DNA of 63,380 nucleotides, counting the filler, from Sphacelaria rigidula (taxonomy: Eukaryota): NCBI GenBank assembly GCA_964200075.2. It is 8 parts of 8 records of this genome, joined end to end, with 100 filler letters (N's around TTAATTAATTAA, not from the genome) between each part and the next. Parts side by side here need not be neighbours in the genome. Positions count along the whole stretch, not along the records: positions 47,612 to 55,446 come from CAXNAA020013309.1; positions 55,547 to 63,380 come from CAXNAA020013310.1; 6 more parts are not named here. One strand, given 5' to 3'. This document shows positions 51,406 through 62,335 of the stretch, one piece after another (position 1 is the stretch's first letter; each line of letters opens with the position of its first letter). Under the pieces are notes generated by a model. That model saw only the letters and a program-made list of their open reading frames with translations. It searched no databases and was not told the origin of the DNA. Both the position numbers and the translations under genes were made by a program.

Positions 51406-51494
51406 CAGGAAGTGAGCGAGTAACGGATGGAACATTCGATAGTGAACACTTCGTGCACTGCCGAATGTTTCATTCTTCCCTCGTTCACTTCCTG
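51406..51494. repeat. 89-bp hairpin (mini-MITE) within the copia element
   Basis: CAGGAAGTGAGCGAG..GGAACATTCG / CGAATGTTTC..CTCGTTCACTTCCTG. Confidence 0.75.
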
Positions 51495-51624
51495 TCTAGC
51501 GGTTCCTCAAGCGCACCGTCCTCCCCGCCGAGTTCCGTAGGTCGGTGAAGGGGAGCGGCACCGCAGATCCCCGTCAGTACTGGAGGGGGCAAAGTGCCTT
51601 CACCGTCTCCGCGAGGGGGGGGGG

Positions 51625-51886
51625 TGTACTCCTGATCATGCATGCCATAGTCATAAGACCATTGACCTCGCATCCCTACGAAATCGGGACGGAGCACGCC
51701 GGGTTTTCGCCTGACCAGGCTCGCACTCAATCACCAAACGCAAAGCGCCGTGGTGTGTTCGGCGAGTCGGGGAGCTGCATTCTGCTATGATTGTTTGGCC
51801 CGAAGCCTACTGATTATCTTGCATTTGAATGACAGCCTACAATGAGTTGCCTTATTATGTGGTATCGTCCCTTCCAGGGACAGAGC
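51625..51886 (-). mobile_element. Family A1 copy inserted in the copia element
   Basis: A G-run at 51615-51624 abuts the 3' end. Flanks are TCTCCGCGAGGGGGG and TCCCCGCGATGGGGGG. Confidence 0.85.
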
Positions 51887-53989
51887 ATCCCCGCGATGGG
51901 GGGGGAAGAAGGCGGGGTGATACCAGAGATCCCCGTTCCAGAATTTGTCAACGGAGGGGTGAGGGGGAGCTGGAATCATCATCATCATCTACATCAACGG
52001 CAGCGCTAACGCCGACAGCAACGCCAACGCCCACATCGGCATCGGACACGCCCTTGTCACCCGCACTGTCACCCTCTTCAACGGGTCCCTCGCAAGACGG
52101 CGGGGGGGTCGGCGACGCTCCTCAACTCCCGGGAACCGAGCGACGCCGTCTCACGTGGGCCGAAGGGTTGCCGGCGCCAAGGGCGGGGCGTACGAGGAGC
52201 CAAACGCGCGAAGCCATGGGTTCAGCACGCACAGATGGCGAAACAGTGGTGGCTAGCGGAGTGGAGGAGATCAGAAAGGAAGCGGGGATGGAGCTGGCGG
52301 GGATGGCCGAGGATAAATGCTCAATCGTGGGGATGATCAACGCGGCAGCAGGATGTGAGGGATAGGCTTCGGCATAGACTATCCAGGCAATGCTCAGTAA
52401 CGTAGCGCAGGTAACATGTGTATCTTCTTGGTGTTTGAGCGGAGCAACCGCTGTCGGTTGAAACGTCGAATATACGAACGTTCTAGGGTACGTCTAGAAC
52501 AAGTACTTCATATACTGTGAATCGGTCTGAGTGACGGTCAGGTACGATCGAGAATCTATGATAGGAGCAAGATACGAACTCTTCAGAAGAGGAGCACAAG
52601 AGACCTCACGAGCATATTGCGAGCCCTACTCTTCCACTCTTCACTTCTCCAATTTCTCAACTGGACTTCGCTAGTCCATTGTACTCTACAAGTCTGTGTT
52701 GACCATAAGCACCCATTTAACACCAAATATTTCGTCTTGCACAGTTGAGCCACAGCTCGCACGGCATCTCAACATCTGCCAGCGTGAGCCTACTGCAGCC
52801 ACTTGTGCGTGTACAGAAACACATCCAGGACACAGGACAGGTGGCAGGACACGGCCCAAACCTCTCGACCCGAAACGGGTTGGCCGAAAACGAGCTCTTT
52901 TTTGTTTTATTGCTGAGGAAAACAGGGTAGGGCAGCCTGACTTCGGTTTGCGTTAACCGGTTGGCCGGCATGTAAGCGAAGTAGTGGCAGCACCCACCAG
53001 TATGGATGACACAGCAAAATCAGAGTTTCGAGAGGCATGGTTTGGCGCGATGCAGGCCGAACTGGGAGGTGGTGAAAAGGCTGAAACATTCTCGATTGAC
53101 CCTGTACCGCAAGGAGTAAACGTGATTCCAGCGAAGTGGGTTTTTAGCCTAAAAACCGACGCAGATGGAATTTTAACGAAGGCAAAGGCTAGGTTGGCAG
53201 CACGAGGATTCGGACAACGTTTCGCAGTCGACTATTCGAGACTTGCGCGGCAACGCCCCCCATGGCCTCGATTGAACTGGTCATGGCAGTGGCAGTTCAG
53301 GAAGAGTAGCCGCTGTACCATTTCGACGGAACACAGGCTTTTGTTTAATCGAAGATGGACACTGACGTGTACATGAGGCTGCCTGAAGGTTGCTACGTTT
53401 TGACAGATGTGAGCGTTAAGCTCGAAACATCCATTTTCGGGATCAAGCAAGCAGGCAGGCATTAATCACGTCCTCTGTGCCAAAACGTACTGGAGGGCGT
53501 CGGGATGGTGCAGTGTGAGGCTGATCCTTGTGGTTTCAATATGGAGGATGCAGAAGACGTGCGTATGATATTAGTTGTCCATGTGGACGACATACTCATC
53601 AGTGGTACTGAGGAAATGTGCGGAAGGTGGGCAAAATTCTGAACGATAAGTTCCCCACGAACGATCTCGGATAGGTTACATGATGCATGGGGGTGTGCAG
53701 TAGATAGAGATTGAGATTGAGGCACGCTGTCGGTGACGCAAACCACGTTCACGGATACGCTCCTCCAGCGTTTCGAGGTGGGGGGATACTCGGAAATCCC
53801 TGCCTCTGCTTCTGTCCAGTTGGGGACGACAGCGAACGAAGGCACAGAGGTGAATAGCCCATATCGTAACGCAGTGGGGGGGCTGATGTGGCTGGCAACA
53901 GTCACCAGACCTGAAGTGGCGAATGCAATACGAGCCCTCGCTCGCCAGTCACATGACCCATGCGAGAGGTACTGGGAAGCTGTGAAGGT

Positions 53990-54190
53990 TGTAACGCGTG
54001 AGAGGACCGCGTGCTTAGAGGACCGCGCCGTAGTTCAAAACACCCAAGGATCGATGTTTTTCAAAACCAATCGGGCCAGTACCTGCAGGTACCACGCCCC
54101 TGACCATAACCCCAACACTAACCCTAACCCTAATCCTAACCCTGGCGATGTTCAAACTCCGATGCGGCCCTGGTCCTCTCACGCATTACA
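53990..54190. mobile_element. TGT...ACA MITE with CCCTAA repeats, inserted at the end of the copia RT
   Basis: TIR TGTAA(C/T)GCGTGAGAGGACC and internal CTAACCCTAACCCTAATCCTAACCCT. It interrupts YWEAVK...YLKRTKE. Confidence 0.9.
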
Positions 54191-55384
54191 AAAATGCTAT
54201 TTATCTCAAGAGGACAAAGGAATTTGGATTTACGTTGAAGAGAGATCACGGCAGGACTTCAGTCCCTTGTGATGCAGACTACGCTAAGAAGGAAACAGAT
54301 GGGCGTTCAGTCTTGGGGGTAGCTGTGATGTACGGAGGTCTGGTAGTGTCGGGCAACGAGTCGTACGCAACACTGCGTGACTCTATCAACCACGGAGGTG
54401 GAGTATGCCGCAATGGCCGAGGGGGCAAAGGAGGGACTGGTCGTGAAGGAAGTGTTGACGTTTCTGCGACCTCAGACTGTGTCGGGGTGTGGGGAGGACC
54501 ATGAAATTGGTTTGTACGAGGACAACGAGGGAGCGAAGGCTCTGGCCGAAAATCCCCCCAGTTCCGAAATGAGTAAGCCCATCGACGTGAGATATCACTT
54601 GATTCGAGAGCATGCTGATATTTTGACGAACCCTCTCTAGATCAACTGGTTTGCGAGGCACAGACGGGTTTTGATAAATTCGGAACATGACAAGTAGACA
54701 AGGTTTTGTGTGTACCCTTGTACTACAGTAGCTCTGGGTATTTTCAGGTCTTAGTGATGCATTGATGCGCGTATTGGGTTAAGCCACCCACGCTACTTTG
54801 AGAAGCATGAGTTTTTGGGGCGTTTTCTGACATGACGTGAATCTGCCTCGACCGGCGTCCATGGATTATCTACACGAAGCACCAGCAGTTGAGGGGAGTT
54901 TTGTTTTGCTCGGATGGCAAGGTTTCCCCCTTTTAATCTTTTGTTTTTAGAGATAGCCGCGACGACTGATGCACCAGTCCAGAGAGAGTGTTCATGTGAA
55001 CGAGTACACTGAGTGAACATGCATATGTGCGGATAGGTTTATGCTGACTGACGCACGGGCACTGATTGTCGAGTGTGTGTGACTGCCAGTCCATCCTCCG
55101 GGCAGCTGTATCGCCGCCGCTTGCCCTCACGTTACATCTGACCCCTTTATCATAGAGTCGACTCCGTCAAAGCATCCCAAATAACACAAAAGGTAAAACT
55201 ATCTATCCTTCGCCACGGGCCACGGAATAGGTCCTGTTATTATGTAAACATGCTATCGATTCTATGAGATGAATCATTCATCAGCAAATTTTGGCAAACA
55301 GGCAAATTTGGTTTTCTTCACAATACTTGATTCGTAGATTTTGAGGAGGTAACAGTAGGGATACTTTTTCGTGGGGGGGGGGGG

Positions 55385-55436
55385 CGTACTCATTTGTTGC
55401 TTGCCTTAGTCGTGGTACCATTGACCACGCATCCCA
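55385..55436 (-). mobile_element. Family A2 copy near the contig end
   Basis: (G)11 then CGTACTCATTTGTTGCTTGCCTTAGTC..CCATTGACCACGCATCCC. Confidence 0.8.
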
Positions 55437-55549
55437 TTCTTTGATGNNNNNNNNNNNNNNNNNNNNNNNNNNNNNNNNNNNNNNNNNNNNTTAATTAATT
55501 AANNNNNNNNNNNNNNNNNNNNNNNNNNNNNNNNNNNNNNNNNNNNTGT

Positions 55550-55610
55550 TCCCTCCCCAAAGGGAGTGGTGGTCAATCGTCAAATAAATAAGGCCACCAA
55601 AAAACGAGTC
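55550..55610 (+). mobile_element. Family A2 copy (low-quality sequence) at the contig start
   Basis: AAAGGGAGTGGTGGTCAATCGTCAAAT..GAGT followed by a long C-run. Confidence 0.6.
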
Positions 55611-56348
55611 CCCCCCCCCCCCCCCCCCCCTTTTTCGCAGTCGTGCACTTGACCCCTGCACCTTCCCCTCCCCCCCCCCCTTGTTTCGTCTCTGTTTCAA
55701 TAATGTATGTGTAATTGCAGGGAAGAGTCTCACCTCTAGTTTTCAGGATTGGAGTAGAGTAAATTATCTCTCTCAGGCGCTCGCTGTTGTTGAAGTCTTC
55801 TGAACACACACAGGACATCGTTTCCCTCTCCCACGTTCTGTGTAGTTGTACTGTGGTACAAAGAAATTTAGTTCTTTCGTTGCTGCGTCGTACGGTACTG
55901 TTGATGTGTTTGTAAAGACCAAGCATCGAAACGTCCCCCGCCCGCCCCTCCCTGCGAGTCCACAGTCAAGACTCCCGGGCTGGTCTGGCACTCACCATTC
56001 AGGTATGGGATCAGTGCGCCCGCTGGCGTCTGACTCTGGATCCTCGACTTGATATGCCTTTTTAGTCAGTTTTGTCGAACTCTTTTTCACGCCTTCGGGC
56101 GACAGGAGGCAGGAAACATACTACACTGCTGAGAGTTGATCGTAACGAAGTGTCCTCTCAAAACTCTGTTTGATGTTTGAGTTGACCACAGGGCCGCGGC
56201 GACGATCCTCACGAACCGTTGTACAGTCTTCCCCCCTTCCCCGCCTTCCTCCTCCCCCCCTCCGCGACCTCCCGCGCGTCTACATCTCATCGCCAATTTT
56301 TCTCCTCCCCGGCGACATGTTCGGCTGTCCTTTTTTTTTGTCGTGCGG

Positions 56349-56567
56349 ATATATTTGTTTGTGAACGAGGCGAACCAGGCGGCGGTGAACCTCTACACTC
56401 GTTGCGGTTACGAAGACGCACCCGACAGCGCATCCAACCGAGCCTTCACCAACAGCCTGGGTCTTTCGGAAGGATTCATCGGCGAGCGGCATCGCTTGCT
56501 GCGAAAACAGTACGACGTTGATACACTACCGGGAGGGGGGGGGACAGGGAGCGCAGTGACAGAGTGA
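56349..56567 (+). CDS. GNAT-family acetyltransferase, terminal exon
   Basis: IYLFVNEANQAAVNLYTRCGY fits GNAT motif B (L.V...N..A..LY...G[FY]) and the frame ends in TGA. The acceptor reads CGG instead of CAG. Confidence 0.8.
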   Translation: MYLFVNEANQAAVNLYTRCGYEDAPDSASNRAFTNSLGLSEGFIGERHRLLRKQYDVDTLPGGGGTGSAVTE

Positions 56568-58455
56568 CCGCGATTGAACTGTCGCAGTTTTGCGCAGTAC
56601 AACCACGCGGGAAGATGCGAACGATTTTGGCGTTTTTTGTTCTTGTCCGTCTCTTTCGGCTCGTTGTGGCCTCCTGGTGTCCCTCTTCCTCCCTCCCCCC
56701 CCCCCCTTCCGCTGTCTGGCGTGGTGCTCGCTGTCGTTGTTTTTCCCATCTCGTTTCGTTGTGGGTCGTGATTGTTGTGGCTGGGCCAATTTTTGTGTGT
56801 ACTGTCCGAGGGACGGGTACCGCTGTTTGGTCCTTGCTGTTGTACCCGTCTTGCGTTTCGTGCGGTTTGCCCCTTCTACGCGCCCTCTGATTTATCTTCG
56901 TCGCTTACATTTGACGAACGGAGTTAGTGTTCCGAGGCGTAACGTTCGGCATGAACTGAAGTGAAGTGTGGGTGATTGAAGAATGACTCCATAACAGGCT
57001 TTCACGCTTTTTGCCCCAAATACGGTTGAAGCCGTTGCCGGTACAAAACGTCAAGATCCCCAAGATTTTTCAAGACAAACTTTTGCGCGCCGTTTGTCCT
57101 TTCACCGTCTGTGACTGTACAAATAACCAGGATAGGGTTGACTGTTGTGAGCGACATAGCGGTCGAGTACTCAATCTGGTGATTCCAACTCTTCCCTGTA
57201 GGCTTAGGTTTAGGGTTATATATTTGCCTGTGTGATGTGTCCCACCCCGTAAATGTGCTCCCGGGGTAAGTCGAGCGGTTTGGTATCCGGTTCATTTTTC
57301 GTGATCGACTAGTATTGAGATTGACTGCGCAGGGCACTCCCGTGTCTTTCCCTCCACGATCAAGATGAATGGGCTGAGGTGGTGGGGGCATGTATGCTTG
57401 GTACGGAGTACGTGTCGAGCATGTACAGTTCTTGTTAGCACGACCCGTGATGATGGCTGGAGCTGGCGCGATGGTTGGGGCGCTTTGGTTTCAGTTACAC
57501 GCGAGTCAAGAGCGGGATATATCCTATCCTTCCCACCGGGGGGGCGTATACGCTGTCAGAGCGACGAGGGGTTGTATCCCCGTCAGTGTGTTTATGTACA
57601 TATGTACGATACGGGAGTTGTAGCATCAGCGTGCTCCCTTTTGAATTTGTTTGAGCGTGTCGTGGTCATATATTGAGAACGAACGGCGGTTCACCGCAAG
57701 ACGCTGGGAAGGACGGTGATGTTGTGTGCTTCTCGGTAGTATGAACGGAACTGAGCGAAACGAACGAGGTTGATATTTCTTTGTCCACGCGTTGCACGAA
57801 GGGTGCAGCTATGCTTTATATGGTTACAAATGTGCATAAGGCAAAAAAGGATGGTGAGAAGGTCAACCTGCAGGGTTGAAAAGGACACCCCGCCGATATA
57901 CTCCGATGTGGATACGCGCCTCACCATCGCGCAAAATCGTGGACGAGGTCTCGAATCGCAAGTAGGCAAGATATTTCGATTTTTCATGTATCACAATTTT
58001 GCACAACGGAGTAACAGCGCAATGTCTACATCATTCTGCACATGGTACCGCAAGGGGTGATGATGTATTCAAAGTCGACATCGAACGTCATGTAAGTATT
58101 AAATGTGTAATCTACTGAGGCTTTTTGCTACATCAACAGTACTACTCATCGAGGAGCGGCGCAATTGCGCTTTTCACACGAGAGATGGTAATATTTAACC
58201 CGCAAAGTTTCATTTTCGATCATGTACAGTAAAACCTGAAGACACACTCGTACCCAATATCAACATGTGAAGACACATGCACTCGTACATTACACGCACG
58301 CACACACTCGCACCCACATCAAGCGCCACCGAGGCAAAAAGACTGCGTTTTCACCCCCCCCACCCCGCGCGCGCGCCCTCACATTCCCTCACACCAACAC
58401 GATAGAACAAACAAATGTGCGGTCGAAAGGTAACTTTCGCCCCCACTTGATGCAG

Positions 58456-61400
58456 CTATGGAAAGGTGGTGGCGAACGCTAACAAAAGCCCATTCGCCTC
58501 GTCAGAATCCTGAAGCTTTTCGATAGCCCTGTGCGCCATCCTCCGAATGCCCTCGCCGCTTACTTCCATAATTCGCCCGATCTCTTTGAACGTAGGCGGC
58601 GCAGTTGCTGCTGAAGCTTTCCCTGTGCCTTTTCTGCTGCCGGCGACCGCTTCACCATTCTCCCCGATGCCAAACCGCAGTCGTAATACATGCAGCTCTT
58701 CAGGCGTCAAACATTCACGCATTACTCTCAACATATCATCTCGCACGAAGCTCAACTCCGCTAAACGCGGCCCCTCTCCGCCCCACGGCCGTTGGTCTCC
58801 CCCTGGTAGTCCTGCACCCGCGCTAGCGTTTCCCCCTGATCTCATGTCCACGCTCTGAGAAACTGCCAGGTCACTTATGTCAGCCAGGTTTTTCTGTAAC
58901 GGTATAGTGCGGCGGTAGAGGGCAACGGTTGCTTCGGGTATGCTGAGAGCGAGGGCGAGTTGGGCATCCGTTGGCGCGGGCGCGCCCGGGGCAGAATCGG
59001 CCTGTAAAGCGCGCTCGACCGCAAGAAGGCGCATCGTTGTGTCCTGGGCGTGTACTGGAACACGTATCAAGCTGTCCTTGTTCGCAATAGAGCGGAGGAT
59101 GGAGGCCTTTATTCGAAATACGGCGTACGAGCTGAACCTGCAGCCCTTAGTAGGGTCGAAATGGACCACCGCTTGCATGAGGCCCAAGGTACCCTCTTGC
59201 ACAAGGTCGTCGTATGTCAGAGTGTTGGTCATCGCCGTGTACCTGGTAATCGAAGCCAGGGGAGGGAGAATTGTGGTGTGGGAAATTTTGCACGGAACTG
59301 AGACAGATCGACACTTGTGTGCGCGGGTCGTGTAAAATAGCGAGGAAACAAATGAAAAAACGTGCGGTAGGTCGGGGGGATGGCTAGGATTGCGGCAAAC
59401 TTGAGAGACTGCATCAAGAGCGTACGCTTTAATAACTTCCGAGGTTGTGTGGGTGCGTGTAGGGATCACGGTGGGAGCACCAAGCACGAGTATCAGCGTG
59501 ACTCTCGACAACTCGATATGTGATTTTCAATCGCGATCACGTGGCAAGGGTGTCAAGATGCCAGGAATCCTGGATGAAAGAAGAGTGCAGCGGTACACCG
59601 AGATGACCACCAGCTCGTCATACTATGCTCGCCGTGAAAATTGTCTGCGTGTATCAGGTGGTGTCCGTATCGGTGGTGGACAGGGTCTGTTGAGCAAGTG
59701 AATGAACACATCGAGGTCTCCATTTCACGAGACAGGCGTGGTTTCAGCTGGTGATGACTCCCTCGATCTAGAAATAACTCATCCTTCCTTGATGTGACAC
59801 GGACAAAATGCACTATAGTCTGGGCCGATGCACTATATCTGTAGTACAGTCGGAGGCGCAGACAGTGGCGAGGACCTAACCCACAAGTCACGCTCAGTAT
59901 ATCATGCCACACTCAAGTGTCACCTCCACTATTTTAGTCTAAAGTAGCATACGGTGAATCATCATTACCATTTTGGCCGGTCGCCCCGGTGGCTCAGTTG
60001 GTAACCTCGAAATCTTCTGCCGGTTGGGTCGTGGGTTTAATTCTCGGAGCGATCTGGGATTTTTTCTCACACCATGTCCAACAGTGGAGAGCGACCATGT
60101 CGTGGGTACACAAAATTCGACCTCATGGTCGACGAGGGAAAGGGACTGCGGAATCCCTCTCGCGATAAAGAATAAAAGCAAGCACCGCAGAAGAAAGATG
60201 GGGTACTAGAAAGAAATGAAAAATAAAAAGCTCCTGTGTTGACCTTCCTCCTGTGTCACCACGGCTGGTGCGCCCACATATACCGGAAGGTGTAGATCGG
60301 CGCCCAGATTAGATGGGACGACGACACAACAACAGGATAAAACGGCAAAAAATCACAGGTATCGAATGTACGACGTCATGTCTCTCGAGATGCACACACC
60401 TATGGGCCACACTCCGCACGAGCCCTTGGTTGGCAAGAATCAACTTGCGCTCGGCTTTGCGCCCCTCCTTCAGAGCGCCGAACAGTTCGTGTGTGCTGGC
60501 ATGGCCCGCGGCTACCGCCCACTCTTGAACTGTAACGGGCCGACCCTCTCTAGCTTCCAATTCTACCTGAAGATTTTGCACCCGTCGGTGCGCCAAGATT
60601 TCGTCGCACAGCTCTCTTTCGTCCTGTTGAGTCAAGTAGATTTCGTGAGGGTGTCGGTTCGAGGTGGTTTAGTTGCGTATGAGGACTCTAATCAAAAACA
60701 GTATTCCTCTGGTTGCATGTCGTTGTTTGGGGCCCTGACATTGAGACAAGGGTGCACTCTTTGAATTGCACCTCCCAGACGCTGTTGCGTTACTTGCGTG
60801 TGACGGTGACGCAACCGTATTTTCAAACTAGAATCTGTGCAGGTTTTAGAGCCAGGTGGGTGATGTTGCGACGCCACTGTACTACTCGTACAGTACAAAT
60901 ATAAAATGTGTACTGTCTGTGCTACTACTGTTGAGTCACCCCTTGTATCTTACTGTACATCAGCCCTCAGTAGACCGACTTGCGTCTACGGTACTCGTGA
61001 CGTTGTACTGTACTGACCTCTATACTGAGACATTTTAAGTCTCTCCAACTTTCAAGCCTTGGCGGCGTCCCGTGCTCCTGTTGGCGTCCACTGCTCCCCA
61101 TAACCCCCAACTCGCCGTTTCCCGACTTAGCGCCGAGAAGCCCGGACATTGCTTCCAATCCCACCGCCACAATCGCGCTAGATTGGTCAGGAGCTCGAGG
61201 TCGTCTGGGTCGGGATGAATTAGGGTTGCAGCTACTACTTCGGCTGACACCGCTGCCCCCGCGAGCAAGGGAACGCCGGACGGCTGAAAGACCACCGAGA
61301 GAAAATCCCGACACAAATGCGGTATCTCTGCCGAACGATAGTATCGCCGCAGCCGCCGCGGCGATGGAGCAACCTCGACATCGAGACAGTCGTGTCACAG

Positions 61401-61491
61401 CGGCAACAGTAGTATTCGGTCGCCGGCGCAATCGTGAAGTTTTTGCTGCCGCGTCTACCGTTTGGGATAATTGGGTCTCTAGTTTAGCCAT
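58456..61491 (-). CDS. Nuclear-encoded sigma-70 factor, probably plastid-targeted; exons 61491-61018, 60623-60400 and 59242-58456 (494 aa)
   Basis: All junctions are GT-AG and in phase. Region 1.2 LSIEDERELCDEI, 2.1 LILANQGLVRSVA, 2.2 DLVQEGTLGLMQAVVHFDPTKG, region 3 IRVP, region 4 VLRLRFG..TFKEIG. N-terminal hydrophobic stretch, VSGF and a Ser/Arg-rich segment. Confidence 0.93.
59975..60333 (+). mobile_element. tRNA-derived SINE (family B) in sigma intron 2
   Basis: A-box TGGCTCAGTTGG, degenerate B-box, shared body and tail. Confidence 0.88.
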
Positions 61492-61930
61492 TGTTCCGCA
61501 GATTGTAGTTCCAATGCACTGCGAACTGGTTGCGGGAGGCCTTGGTGGCACGTGATGCCGAAGTACGTTGCGAGACGCGTAAAGCTGTTTGTCTGTGGTG
61601 GAGTCGCTCACTGACGATCCCAGCTGCGGGACCGAGTCAGCGCGGCGAAAACACGAATCATGGCTATTTATAAGTGATTATATTCGCCCCCCACATCGTT
61701 GTTCAGATCTGTGATCAAATTACCGTAACAAAAACATCAAGGTCCTCGACACCCTTGACAACGTATAATAATAATGATGCACTGTGTGGTCACTACAATT
61801 TATCGGGCTGACAGAAGTTGCATTAGCCCTAATAAACTAGTACAAATTTTATATTGCAACTATTGACTGCATGTTGCTCAGGGTATTTGGTATCTTCCGC
61901 GCTGAGAGTGGGGATGTCAAGATGGATGAA

Positions 61931-62335
61931 GTGTGTGTGTGCGTTTTGTGTTGCAGTCCCATCGATTATTCTGCCGGTCTACGCATTTCGGTATATATAT
62001 ATATATATATATATATGTGGGCGTACTAGCCGACGTTACACAGGAGGAAGCCCAACATAGGAGTTATATTTTTTTCTCACCTTCCTTCTGCGGTGCTTGG
62101 CGTTTACTTTTTTATCGCGAGAGGGCTTCAGCGATTCCTTCGCCTCGTGGACCGTGAAGTCGAATTTTGTGTATCCACAACATAGTCGCTCTCCACTGTT
62201 GCAGCCCCACTGTTGTTGGACACTGTTGTGTGAGAAAAAATCCCAGATCGCTCCGAGGTTCGAACCCACGACCCAACCCAACCGTCAAAAGGTTTGGAGG
62301 TTTCGAGTTCACCAACTGAGCCACCGGGGCGACCG
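61931..62335 (-). mobile_element. tRNA-derived SINE (family B) upstream of the sigma gene
   Basis: The reverse complement has A-box TGGCTCAGTTGG, B-box GGTTCGAACC, the shared body, an expanded (TA)n and a (CA)n tail. Confidence 0.88.

Larger units (their letters stand above)
47946..55220 (+). mobile_element. Degenerate Ty1/copia LTR retrotransposon with nested insertions
   Basis: LTRs at 47946-48157 and 54989-55220 (TGTTCATGTGAAC start, AGAGAGAG polypurine tract). Domain order: gag, protease (WVFDTGATQHF), pre-integrase/integrase (VRSEDGGEF, SPQFNGVAER), RT (KAKARLAARGF, VHVDDIL), RNase H (LSTTEVEY, EDNEGA). Many stops and frameshifts. Confidence 0.95.
7837..55546. other. Seven artificial 100-nt contig spacers (N44-TTAATTAATTAA-N44) at 7837, 15772, 23707, 31642, 39577, 47512 and 55447
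   Basis: Identical spacers recur every 7935 nt. Segment lengths are 7836, 7835 x6 and 7834, which indicates size-sorted concatenated contigs. Confidence 0.98.

Noticed and set aside
51625-51720. HDV-like ribozyme in family A (CCTCG/CCACG loop)
   Set aside because: I could not build the P1-P2-P3-P1.1 topology on either strand by eye.
59975-60050. tRNA gene
   Set aside because: Only A/B boxes are present with no cloverleaf. It is the head of a multi-copy SINE. Similar weak heads at about 9025-9090 and 44675-44730 were left uncalled.
58456-61491. Bacterial contamination or recent horizontal transfer of a sigma factor
   Set aside because: The gene has spliceosomal introns containing host SINEs and an N-terminal targeting-like extension.
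42335-61491. Functional cluster of ABC transporter, GNAT and sigma factor
   Set aside because: The ABC gene is on a different contig, and GNAT and sigma are simply convergent neighbours.
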